DNA of 62,916 bases, the filler included, from Saprolegnia diclina VS20 (Eukaryota): NCBI RefSeq assembly GCF_000281045.1. It is 6 parts of 3 records of this genome, joined end to end, with 100 filler letters (N's around TTAATTAATTAA, not from the genome) between each part and the next. Parts side by side here need not be neighbours in the genome. Positions count along the whole stretch, not along the records: positions 44,284 to 54,106 come from NW_008246107.1; positions 54,207 to 58,573 come from NW_008246107.1; positions 58,674 to 61,581 come from NW_008246108.1; 3 more parts are not named here. One strand, given 5' to 3'. Below, in pieces: positions 47,893-59,264 of this stretch (position 1 is its first letter; each line of letters starts with the position of its first letter). The position numbers were made by a program, and so were the translations under genes. The notes under the pieces are model-generated. The model searched no databases and had not been told where the DNA came from. It was given only the letters and a program-made list of their open reading frames with translations.

Positions 47893-48437
47893 TCAAGAGG
47901 GCTGGTAGTTCTTCCACGAGGTCCCAACAGTCCGGGCTGCGAGTGTTCTGGAGGCGGGCGTCGGCAGCGTCCGTCCAGCGTTAAACACGGCACTGACGTT
48001 CGGCTTCGGGCCGCTCTCTTGGGCCTGCCGCGCTCGGGCTTCGTTGATGAGCTTGATGCGCTCTGCCCGATCAGTGATGATGGGGCATGTCCACATGTTG
48101 TGGTCCATCGTGTGGCAGTGGGCGCACGGGTACTTCTTCTTGCCGTCGCTGCCACCGCCTTCTTCGGTACCGCCTTGACCTGGCGCTTGCTGGCCGCTTG
48201 GATCTTGATCATTTGACAGGGCTGGCAGCTGGTCTTGGGGCTTCTTCTTCTTCTTGACCGCTGCTTGGGCTTGCTCGGCAGCTGGCGTTGGCGTGGGCGG
48301 CGCGCGAGGCGTTGGTGTTGCCATGCGCGCGTAGCTGCAGTAGCGGTCCATCTCGTGTTGGAGGAGGTGCTCGAACGTCTTCCAGTCGCGGTCGTATGTA
48401 CGCTCGTGGACTTGGACGCGGGCCTTGACGCGATCCT
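47893..48437 (-). mobile_element. Retrotransposon gag fragment with CCHC zinc knuckle
   Basis: CAHCHTMDHNMWTC fits C-x2-C-x4-H-x4-C and follows a K/P/G-rich linker. The contig is bounded by gaps. Confidence 0.65.
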
Positions 48438-48979
48438 NNNNNNNNNNNNNNNNNNNNNNNNNNNNNNNNNNNNNNNNNNNNNNNNNNNNNNNNNNNNNNN
48501 NNNNNNNNNNNNNNNNNNNNNNNNNNNNNNNNNNNNNNNNNNNNNNNNNNNNNNNNNNNNNNNNNNNNNNNNNNNNNNNNNNNNNNNNNNNNNNNNNNNN
48601 NNNNNNNNNNNNNNNNNNNNNNNNNNNNNNNNNNNNNNNNNNNNNNNNNNNNNNNNNNNNNNNNNNNNNNNNNNNNNNNNNNNNNNNNNNNNNNNNNNNN
48701 NNNNNNNNNNNNNNNNNNNNNNNNNNNNNNNCTGGTCGGTCGTCTTTGAAGGACTCTGCAACAAAGCAAGTGTAAATTGCAAAGTTTTGCGCATTCAACA
48801 GCGTCGGCATCGTCGTAACATCGCCTCCGAAGATTCTCGTTCAGCGCTACTAGTATGACACACACCGCTTCTGGAAGGACGAGCAACTTTGTCGTCAAGA
48901 TGACGTGGCAGATTGTCGACTTTCTATTCCGACCTGTTGCGCACACCTCCCACCCGCCTGCACCCGAACCGAAGTCACC

Positions 48980-51361
48980 ATGTCTGGCCCTAATCCGTCC
49001 TCGATCGCCGTTGTGGCCCCTCCCCCCTCTCTAGTGGGTACGGGTACGGGTCCTACAGATGGTGCGACATCGCACTCCGCGGTGAGCACTGAGTCTGCGG
49101 GTACCCCACCCCCGACCGCGGGCCCTACCGAAACGACCACGAATGGCGCGGAAGCGGCCGCGGCCTCCTCGAGTACGCAGCCCGCGTCGCCCGCGGCCAC
49201 GCCTGGCCAGCCGACAACGCCGAAGAAGAAGACGCCGGGGGTGCTCAACCGTCGCACCGTCCGGGCCGCTACCAAGCTCCTCAAGGCACAAGCGAAGGCG
49301 AAGAAGCAGGCGTCCCAGAAGCCCGACCAACAGTCGCCGGCCACGCAGCCTGAGTCGCCGCCGCACAAACCCAAAACCTCGCCGCGCGAACCGCTCTCTG
49401 GACACGCTGTGGACGACGCCGCACTCGATGCCAGTTGCTTGCAACTCGCCGCGGTGCTTGCCGCCGACCCAGACGCGATCGACGACGTGCTCGAAGCCTT
49501 TTTGGACAAAGCTTCCAACACGTCCCGCAATTCGCAATGGTTCGAGCACCCAGTCGAGCTAGGGCCCGGATACGGCGGCGATGACGAATCCACCATGCGC
49601 GAACGGCTCGTTGGCCACAACAAGTCGCTCGAGTGGCAAGGCCTGTTTTCGAAGGTCGCGATCATTTTGAAGCAATACGGCACCCGAGGCACTGTGCTGA
49701 CGCTCGCGACCCAGTACCCGGAAGTCAGTCAGACGCTGACGCACATGTCGTTCACGCTGACGCCTCCGGGCGGCCGCATGTACCTCGTCCCGGCCAAGTC
49801 GGCTTACGCGCATCACTACTATGTCACGTTCCGCGACCTCGCCGACCCTTTTCTCCAGCGCGCCGCCTTCGTGGCTCTCTTCAAGCTGACCCGCAACGTC
49901 CTTCAAGGTTTCTGCCCGACGCAGAACGCCGTCATTGCAGGTTCGTCCTATCGCGTTCTGTTCAATCAGACGGCAATCCCTGCGGCATTGCTGCTCGGCG
50001 ATGGCCAGACCGTTCGAGAAGTGGAGATCATCAACCGCGCTGGCGAGCGCGTCTAGGCGGTATTCCACCACAAGGTCCATATGTACAACTCGACGTGCCC
50101 CCCTTCGTTGGTCGTGGCCCGCAACGAGCGCGAACTCCACCGCGAGCGTATCGCCGAACAGAAAGCAGCAGCGGCAGCCGAGAAGGCAGCGCGCGCCGCC
50201 GCCAAACAAACCCGCAAGAACGCCAATGACGCGCAACGCACCGACAGTGGTGCCCAGCCCAAACGCCGCGCGACAGACCCCGCTCAACGCCAAGACGCGG
50301 CCGCGCCGACTTCCTCCGACGCCGCCGCCGCCGTACCGCCTGGACATGTGCCGCTTCATTTGAATGCTGACACCATGCCCGACGCCGCCCTTGCCAACGA
50401 TTCCACCTCCCCAGACGCCTTTACCATGGAAGGCGCCGGGCAAGACGACATGGACCTCGGTGGCGCAGACGATGGGCAAGACGTCGTCGTCACCTCAATT
50501 GATGCGAGCGCGGGACTGTACACACGGTCGCAGGTCGCCGCATCGACCTCGAATATGTTCGACGCGTTCGCGGACACGGAAGAAGAAGAAGAAGAAACCG
50601 CCGACGCCGAAATGGACCCAGACGCGACGGATTTTCTCCCACATTTCCGCGCGCGGACCACGCCTGCCGAGTCGCACGGTACCCGCAACCGCAGCCTAGG
50701 GAAGAAGAAGGTTACGGCGGCGGAGCTGGCCAAGCGGGCTGCCACGACGACCAAGAAGCTCATCGAGGCCAAATCGGGCGACGTGTCGGTATGCACAGAC
50801 CCGCGCACGCTCCTCGCCATGGTGGAGAACGAACCGGACGTCGTCAACGCCGTCATGTTCAACTGCCGCCGAGGCGGCGCCACCTCGTTCGCCCAGGCGC
50901 AAGCGATTCGTCGCGCGATCGTGCGCACAACCCAAGATCCGGCGCTACGCGGCCCAGCTCTTGATCAAATGGTGGCAACTCAGCCGGCAGATGCCCGCAC
51001 TATGGCCCAGATGTTTGCGGCGGCCGTAGACGAGTCTGAGCGCGCGGCAGCGCTCGCATTGGCCGGCCTGGACCTGGTTTTCCGCCTTCGAGGCCGGGAC
51101 GTGTACGATAACGACGCCCTACTCGCCCAGATCCTCGGCGAGCCCGTACTGCGGACACCGGAAGGTCTACTGTCCGACAAGTCGCTATTGGCGGTCGTCA
51201 CACACCCGCAGTTTGCGCCGCAATTCACCGCGCTCAAGAACCTGCCGAAAATGGTCGGTGGCGCGTTCGACACGCTGCTGGCCCTCTTTGTGGACTCCGC
51301 ACCGAACTGCGATGTCGAGACGGGTGCGCTCTGTGCAGGCGCGCTCGCGCCTCGCTGCTAA
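48980..51361 (+). CDS. LINE ORF1 protein, interrupted by one in-frame TAG at 50054-50056
   Basis: ORFs 48905..50056 and 50081..51361 are in the same frame (GERV*AVFHHKVHMY) and lie directly upstream of ORF2. Confidence 0.7.
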
Positions 51362-51407
51362 GGTGGCCTCGGCCGCCTCGCAGGCGCAGCCGCTGCATGA
51401 TGGCAAC

Positions 51408-54106
51408 ATGCAAGCAGCTGTGCCTCCGTTGACGTTGAGTGTAGCTTGCCTCAACGCCAACAGTCTCGAGCGAAAATACCACTCGCTCTTGCACACCTTC
51501 TCAATCAAGCACGACATCACATTCTACCAAGAAACCAAGTTCAGCTCTACCAAGTCCCAAGACGAAGCCGCGTTCGCGTGGAGCCAACTCATCTTCAGCA
51601 CATCCCACTGGTTTGTCTGCAACCCGCGTTTTGCACGCGCGCCTGGAGAACACTCGTGCCGCGGCGTCGCCACGACGGTTCGACCCGACAGCGCAATTCA
51701 AGACCTTCAAGTCGTCGCGACACCGCTCGACCGTCCCGCGCTCCAGAATCGCTACCTTCTGCTCCAAGGCCTCGTCGGCGAGCTCCCCGTGTACCTTCAC
51801 AACGTTTACGCGCCGTCCGACCCGGCGACACGCTCGGCTTTCTTCGTGGCACTGCCACGGGACTTCCCACCGGACGCCGTTCATATCGTGGGCGGTGACT
51901 TCAACGTTACGCTGCACGACCGTCTGGACTCTGTCGCTCCGTCGATCGCGTCTCAAACCGGTCGCGAAGCCCTTTTCGACTGGCTAGGCTGCCTCGATCT
52001 CATTGACGTCTTTCGCGCGCAGCACCCGGCACGCCGCGTGCTCACCAGCCCGCGCAGCAAGAACAGAATTGACTACATCTTCATGTCGCGCGCTCTGCAC
52101 CACGCGCAGACGGTCACGGCTACCCACGAACACGGCACGACAAGGTCGGACCACTCAGCGTGCATCGTTGCGCTGCAACCGGGACGGCGACCGGGGCCTG
52201 GGCCTTGGACGCCACCCTCGTGGCTGCTACGCCTACCTGAGGCGGCCAAGATTGTCATCTCGCATCTCGACGGCTTCCTTGCGCGCACCGACCTCGCGCA
52301 GAACGTCTCCAAGTACTATGACAACATGGTGTACTACATTCGGCGCAGACTCCACGAGCTACACCGCAAGAAGGTGAAGGACAACGCGGCCGACCTCACA
52401 GCGCTCACGCGTCGCTTGGCGGTCGCCTTCGATGCGCTTCAGCACGAGGTCTCCGAAGCCCTCGTGGCAGCAGTGCGCCAGATCAAGGCTGAGCTCAAGC
52501 AGTACCACGCGCAGGTGCGTGAGTTCAAGGCGGAAGCGGTGCTCCACCGCCACTTAGCGGAAGCTGACCGGTGCTCACGCCGGCATTTGAAGATCCCAGT
52601 TCCCCGTCCTCTCCGTAAGAAAGCCATCTTGGCCATGACGGACGATGACGACGTGCACCACACGGAGCCAGCGGGTGTGGAAGCCACTCTACACAGGTTC
52701 TACGCGCAGCTCTACGCACCGGACGAGCCGGCGCCCGCGGCCGCGATCGACGCCTTCTTGGACCCCGTACTTCCGTCGCCGCTACCCGCGGCGCTCGCCG
52801 CGAGCCTCGAGGCCCCGATCATGGCGTCGGAAATCTACGAGGTCATCACTCAGGCCGCATCTAACAAGGCTCCAGGACCGAATGCACTCCCGAACGAAGT
52901 TCTTCAACTGGCACCGACACAATGGGCCCGGGCCCTCGAGATGGTGTTTATGCACCGCCTCCATGACCACCCGACGTTGACGACGGCGCAATGCCGAGGC
53001 ACGACGATCCTGCTCCACAAGAAGGGCGCACGCGACCGGGCAGGCAACTACCGGCCCATCAGCCTCATCAACACGGACGTCAAGATGCTGACCAAGGTTT
53101 TGGCCAACCGCGTGCAGCCGTGCGCCGACTGGCTCGTTCACTCGGACCAAAACGGCTTCATCCACGGGCGTTCGATCGTCTCTAATATAGCACGGCTAGA
53201 CGACATGCTCGCGTACTGCAAGGACCACGCGCCAACGTCGATCATCGCCCTCTTGGACTTTGAAAAGGCGTTCGATCGCGTCTGCCACACGTACCTCGCC
53301 CAACTGCTGCCTCGGCTCGGCTTTCCGCCGGCCTTTGTCGACACCGTCCGCTGCCTGTACTCCGGACGCCAGTCGCGGCTCTTGGTCAACGGCCGTCTCT
53401 CGCGGGCCTTCGACATTGGGCGCGGGGTTCTCCAGGGAGACCCGTTGTCACCGCTGCTTTTCGTTCTCGCCATGGAACCTCTTTGCAACCTACTGCGCAG
53501 CAGGCCGGACCTCGGAGTCCACATCGGCGGCGTCGCGCACGTTGCCAGCTGCTTTGCTGACGATACGCAGCTGATTGCGCGGGATGAAGATGCACTCCAC
53601 GCCCAACTCGCCTTGGTGGAACAGTTTTGTGCCGTCTCGGGCTTTCGCTTGAATCGCCACAAGACCGAGCTTCTGACATACGCTCCGGTCTCGGACGCGC
53701 TCGCGCCACTCGTGGTCAAGCAGGAGACTCCAACAAAGGCCCTCGGTATTTTGGTTGCGCCGGGGCTCGGTCCCAACGCTCGCTTCGACTACGCCCTCGC
53801 CAAGTTTGCAGACCGGCTCCGGCTCTGGTCGTACAAGTCGAACACGCTCGTCGGAAAAGTCGTCATTCTACGCACGCTCTGTCTGCCACTGCTCTGGTAC
53901 CAGCTCGCATGGGTGCTGCCGACAGCAAAGGCCGCGGCGATCATCGACCGCATGATGCTCCAATTCCTGCGCAACGAGCCGATCGCACGCCGCAATGAAC
54001 GCCGCGTCCGTCACTTCCGGGAAGACCTCGCTTTCTCCCCTCGTCGACTCGGCGGCATGGGGCTGGCGCATGCATTGGCCTTGTGGACCGCGCGCCACCG
54101 CACAGG
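51408..54106 (+). CDS. LINE ORF2: AP endonuclease plus reverse transcriptase (truncated by gap)
   Basis: APE motifs LNANSL, YQETK, NVYAP, GGDFN, RIDYIF and SDH. RT motifs NKAPGPN, NYRPISLINTDVK, LDFEKAFDRV, QGDPLSPLLF and FADD. Confidence 0.96.
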
Positions 54107-54206
54107 NNNNNNNNNNNNNNNNNNNNNNNNNNNNNNNNNNNNNNNNNNNNTTAATTAATTAANNNNNNNNNNNNNNNNNNNNNNNNNNNNNNNNNNNNNN
54201 NNNNNN

Positions 54207-54301
54207 CGGAGCTGCCGCACGTGGCTACGCGCGAGCACTTGCTGCGCCTGGCGCTCCTTGGCCAGCGCAAACTCGGCCCGCTCCGCCGCCATCGCAACCG
54301 A
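54207..54301. repeat. Exact 95-bp duplicate of 58479..58573 (CDIN1 5' end); contig overlap
   Basis: The sequences are identical and both copies sit at contig ends next to linkers. Confidence 0.9.
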
Positions 54302-54306
54302 TGCTA

Positions 54307-54863
54307 CAGTCGAACCTGTCTATATGCATATCCCGAGACTCAATAATCCTCTTGGGTATGATATATCACCTATTGTATTTTTTTGTTCACCAAGCGTAAT
54401 TAAATCAACGTGGTTTGCCGATGGCGAAGCAGAAGGCGCCCAAGTCGCGCGCCGCGGCGAAGGACGCTGCTAAGAAGATGAGATCGTCGCCCAACATCTA
54501 TGACAGAACCAAAATCCTCGACTTCTACCATGCAAACGGCCGTAACCAGACGCGCACGGCCACGTACTTCAAGGCCAACGGTTTTCCCAACATTAGCCAA
54601 ACCACCGTCTCGCGCATGGTCCGCGACGAAGCCTGATGGCGCACTATGGCTGAGAAGACTGTCTGTCTCGAGGTTGTTCGCGAACGTCCCGTGCGCTACG
54701 TCGACGACGAAGATGCCTGATGGACAAATAGATAGCTGGCGCGTGAATGTAGTTTTGATCACAACGAAAAAAATTATACCCAAGCCAAATATTTTTACCT
54801 TCCACAAATAATAAGCCTCTCGGATGCATAAATATCCACTATGCATATAGGCAGTTTCGACTG
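54307..54863 (+). mobile_element. Non-autonomous pogo/Tigger-like (Tc1/mariner superfamily) DNA transposon, 557 bp
   Basis: 24-bp TIRs CAGTCGAACCTGTCTATATGCATA (54307-54330) and 54840-54863 with 2 mismatches. TA duplicated at 54305-54306 and 54864-54865. Contains an internal HTH ORF. Confidence 0.9.
54421..54636 (+). pseudogene. Truncated pogo/CENP-B-type transposase N-terminal HTH
   Basis: DRTKILDFYHANGRNQTRTATYF...ISQTTVSRMVR, 71 aa. No DDE domain fits within the element. Confidence 0.72.
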
Positions 54864-55575
54864 TAACGTTATTTTCACATGACGAATCCTTTTTCACGTG
54901 AAAAAAACAAGATAAACATGTGGTATATGTGGCAAATAGGTGATGTATGTGGGAAATGCGTCNNNNNNNNNNNNNNNNNNNNNNNNNNNNNNNNNNNNNN
55001 NNNNNNNNNNNNNNNNNNNNNNNNNNNNNNNNNNNNNNNNNNNNNNNNNNNNNNNNNNNNNNAATGACATTAAGCGCCGTCCTAGACCGAAATATATTGT
55101 GAAGGTGCTCAGGAACCAAATATTATTCAATGAAATTGATGCCCTGAAATGTTTTGCAGCAGGGGCGACGCACCAATATGACCGATTTTCACGATCGTGA
55201 CTGTGGGCGGGAGCATGTCTGTGGTACCTAAGGGAATGAAACAACGACGGTACCAATGTACCAACGGGATTTGGTTTGCCTGTAGAAATCGGCTGGTGCA
55301 CAGTATTTTGAAGCCAAACACTGACTTCACACCACAATCAAAACCGGATTTACATTTTTCGGTATTTTTCCGCAATACCTCTGCGGTGCCACACGCACCT
55401 TTGTGGTGTAGTCTTTGGTGCATCGTGTTGATGTCGATTATGATGTGGTACTAAGCTTGTATCCTCCCAGATGCTGGCGCCAACAAGCAACGCGACCGGT
55501 AGACCCCAAAGAAGCAAACGCCATATACTTTCAAGTCGCATTACATGTACCTACCATCGTACACACGACGCTAGA

Positions 55576-57188
55576 CTAGGCAAACGGTGCTTGCTGCACA
55601 AAGCGTGTGATCAGGTCGAGCGCATGTTCTGGCTGGTCTGTCGGCACTAGGTGGCCCGAGTTGGTCAGCACAACGTAGCTCATGCGGCCGCTCGACTTGA
55701 CGAGACCCGCGACCTTGCCGTTGACGACCCACGGCGTTCGTAGCGCCGAGTGGTACGACGCCGCGCCGTCCCAGTGCAGCGCGTCGAGGACGCGGGCGAC
55801 GCCCAAGTGATTGCAAGACGATCCGTCCATGTTGCCTGCGTAAAAGAGCACATGGTACGCATTCAGTAGCGTCTCCAGCACATCGTCTGGGACGTCGCGC
55901 ATCTCGTCGTTCAGCAAGTGCCGCGCGATCGGCGGCGCACTCGGGTTGGCGCCGAACGACGAGCCGTCGATCGAGGTCCACGGCGTTCCCGGGGGCACGT
56001 GCAACGCCGCGCGGACGTCGTCCGTATTGAAGTAGCTCGATAACGTCGTCGTGAGCGCTGTGAACGCATTGCCTTCTTGGCGAATGTCGTACACAAACGG
56101 ACTGCCCGCTTGGCGATAAATCTAATACATGCGCCAACATGAGAACCCTAGCCCTAACCCTCCACAAGAAGAAACACCTCGTCTTCCGTGTCTTGGCACA
56201 CGCCAAAGGCCTCGACGGACCGGCCCGCGTGGTGCAGCTGCGCGCATTGGTCGAGCGACGCGACGTGCGTCGTGTACTGTTCGTGGTCGATGAAGCCGAG
56301 CGCCAGCGCGTAGTCGGCCACGCTCTGAGTTTGCAGAAGCGGCTTCATCTCGCCGTTGCCGATCGCGACGCCCCAGAGGTTCAAGCGTACGCTGTGGTCA
56401 GTGCTCTTGGTCAAGAGCGAGTCGTTGTGGCCAATGTTGACAGTGTGAATGTAGTGCGCAATGTGCGGAACGTACTTGCCCGCGTACGACTCGCCGGCAA
56501 TGATCAGTGGACTCGTTGCGTATTCGGGATGCAGCGTAAAGAACGCCTGCAGCGCAATGTAGAGCTGCGCCGCCATCTCTTCTTGCGAGTTGACGTAGCC
56601 ATCGTCGGACGTCGCACTCGTGTAGCCCGTGCCGACGGGCTGGTCGAAGAAGAGCATGTGCGCCACGTTGGTCCAGCTGTGCGGATGCGACTTGAGCGAC
56701 CCGTCGGCCTGCATGCGGTATGGGCCCATCTCGGTGAGGAGACCCGTCATGGAGGACGCGCCCGGGCCGCCGTTGAGCCACACGATGAGCGGCGTTGAAG
56801 GTGACACTGTGCGCGCCTCGAAGAACCAGTAAAAGATGTTGCCACCGCCGTCGTTGACCGGCACCAAACCCGCATACTACCGCATTGTAGGTCGCGTCAT
56901 AGACAAGAGCGACGGGAAAGAGTCTACCTGGGTTTCTTCGACTTGGCCAAAGCGCGGCAGTGACGTCACCGCGTCGGCAGCCATTGCGCTGACCGCTACT
57001 GGAAGATGTGAGCACAATCAATGAAAGAAGCGCAAAGTACCCGGCGATGCAGTTATCTTTTGCATGGCCAAGCCCACGGCCACAAAGAGACTCGTAAGGA
57101 CAAAGGCCGCGACCGCGACAAGGCTGCGCGGACGGCGTTGCGCACTCATCGATTGGGGTCCGTGCACCAGCGGCGTCGTTTCGGCCAT
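55576..57188 (-). CDS. Serine carboxypeptidase, family S10
   Basis: FYWFFE, WLNGGPGASS, DQPVGTGY, GESYAG (Ser), GNMD (Asp) and SGHLVPTDQP (His), with an N-terminal signal anchor and introns. Confidence 0.95.
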
Positions 57189-57232
57189 CGTGCTGGAAAA
57201 TCGCAAGTGCTCTACTTGAACATGGCGCCACC

Positions 57233-57395
57233 GTACAAAACGTACACGTGCGTACGTACTGGTACGTGCTTGACATGTGACATGTTGGCGTAAAGAATTG
57301 GGTTGTACGGCTCTCCGTACAGAGCTGTGTACGTACGATCTGCGTACAACCAGCCTGTCCCAAGGTGCCTCGAGAAGCGCTGTGCAGGTTGGTAC
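57233..57395. promoter_or_regulatory. GTAC motif cluster upstream of the carboxypeptidase
   Basis: 11 GTAC sites in 163 bp. Confidence 0.5.
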
Positions 57396-57703
57396 CGGCA
57401 GCAGCAGAGCCTACTTCCCACGGCATCTCATTTGCTACAGTCTCGTCGATCCAGCGCCGATAGGTCGAGCGACGACTATCAGTCGCATAACTGTCGACTG
57501 CATGCTTGCTTCCTTTGCCGCGCCCACTTCAACCTGGTTTATCCGGAGAATGACACATGATATCCGGATGACATGCCTTCGGGTTTGGATCGCGAGGTCT
57601 GCGCAGATTGGGTGGGGTCCAGTGGGTGGGGTCTGCGCGAGCAACCCCAGGTAAATGAGGTAAACGCATATAACGTGAGTGTACTACCGTCTATGAGGCC
57701 GTT

Positions 57704-58564
57704 TTACGCGTCGTCAAAGCTCACATACGAGCAGGGCACGCCGTCGTCGTTGAAGTGGCGGCGAATGTGACCGTCTTGCACTGCAAAAGATGTCCCGTCA
57801 GGTACCGTCAATGGCGCCGACGCGATGCTTCCCGGCATGCGAATCTCGCTCGGAATGTGGTCGACCATGAGCACGTCCGGAATGGTCGCGATGTCGGCCT
57901 CGATGCCCATCCAGTAGAGAAGCATGCCAGGTCCAAACCGGTTCACATACGCGTGGGCCTGCGCAATGTGCTGGGCTTCGTTCTCGGTGCCGCTTTCATG
58001 GGCCATGGCCTTGGAGTCGATCCACTGTACGAGGTGCCACCGGCCGTCCCGGCCACGCACTTGAATCGGCGCCAGCAAGAGAGCGTCCGGCGTCTTGGCC
58101 AAGCCGCGCTCCCGCAGCATGTGCTCGTTCTCGAACGGAATACCGAGCTGGTGTAAGCGCAAGATCATCATGTGCTCGTACTCGTCGCCCTCGCTGCGGC
58201 GGATGCGGTCGCAGAGCGGCGAGCAGTGCACGTCGGCGACGACACAGGCCCGGAGCTCGGCGCGGAGGCGCCCGGACAGGCCATGCTCGGGAGTCTCATC
58301 ATCTAGCGTCGCCAGCAGCGCCTTGTAGATGTTGGCTTTCGGTACTTTGTTGCTAAACTCGAGGAAGACCCGCGCGACGAGGCAGGGTGCCATGCGCAGG
58401 TGCTGGCTAATGGCCAAGAGCGACGCCTTCTCTTTGTGCATCTGGAAGAGCGTGTGGATCTGCGGGCTGTTGACCTTGCGGAGCTGCCGCACGTGGCTAC
58501 GCGCGAGCACTTGCTGCGCCTGGCGCTCCTTGGCCAGCGCAAACTCGGCCCGCTCCGCCGCCAT
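57704..58564 (-). CDS. CDIN1: CDAN1-interacting nuclease 1 (C15orf41, TPD domain)
   Basis: APCLVAR.FLE, G.EYE, LRERGLAKTPD, WIDSKA and YVNRFGPGMLLYW. The true start could lie further upstream. Confidence 0.9.
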   Translation of the reverse strand: MAAERAEFALAKERQAQQVLARSHVRQLRKVNSPQIHTLFQMHKEKASLLAISQHLRMAPCLVARVFLEFSNKVPKANIYKALLATLDDETPEHGLSGRLRAELRACVVADVHCSPLCDRIRRSEGDEYEHMMILRLHQLGIPFENEHMLRERGLAKTPDALLLAPIQVRGRDGRWHLVQWIDSKAMAHESGTENEAQHIAQAHAYVNRFGPGMLLYWMGIEADIATIPDVLMVDHIPSEIRMPGSIASAPLTVPDGTSFAVQDGHIRRHFNDDGVPCSYVSFDDA

Positions 58565-59264
58565 CGCAACCGANNNNNNNNNNNNNNNNNNNNNNNNNNN
58601 NNNNNNNNNNNNNNNNNTTAATTAATTAANNNNNNNNNNNNNNNNNNNNNNNNNNNNNNNNNNNNNNNNNNNNTCTCCTTCCTGCCAACTATAACTCAAG
58701 CCGTCTCTCGGTCCGAAGCTTTCGAAAAACCTTGCGATTCGCTATCTTTGAGCACTGGAATCACAGTGGACGCAGCGCTGTGGGCAGCAACTAGGGACAA
58801 AGTACAGATGAGTTACATTTGCGTTGCGTGTCTTGCACAGCACCTGATGTGCAGCAAGAAGTGAGCATTCCGGTAGCGTCCGGCTTCTGTATCAGCACTT
58901 CCGACGCTCGTTCTGTCGCGTGGTCGGTGCCGGAGAGATTGTCATGTTGTGAGATCCCCGACGACATACCTCGTGCTGTTCGTGCATATATCGCCACCCG
59001 TCTTGAAGCGACATCAAACGTATCAGTGCCTTGATCCAAAGAGGCCAACCTCGGCCTCGACCTTTCACCTCTCCTGCCTTCCTTGCATACGTGCTTGATC
59101 GCCAGTCATAGCGTAGACTGTAGCGTTATTAGTTGCAACATGGCCGCGAAGAAGCGAGCATCTCCACGGAATGCGAGCCGCGGTCGCCGCCGAGATTGGT
59201 AATATCGGCCAATCTCATGCGAATGACACGCATTTCAGACCCCACTTTTGAATTTGCTTTGAGA

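Larger units (their letters stand above)
48900..54106 (+). mobile_element. Non-LTR retrotransposon (LINE, L1/Tx1-like); 3' end lost in gap, 5' boundary approximate
   Basis: Intronless ORF1 followed by an APE-RT ORF2. Confidence 0.92.
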
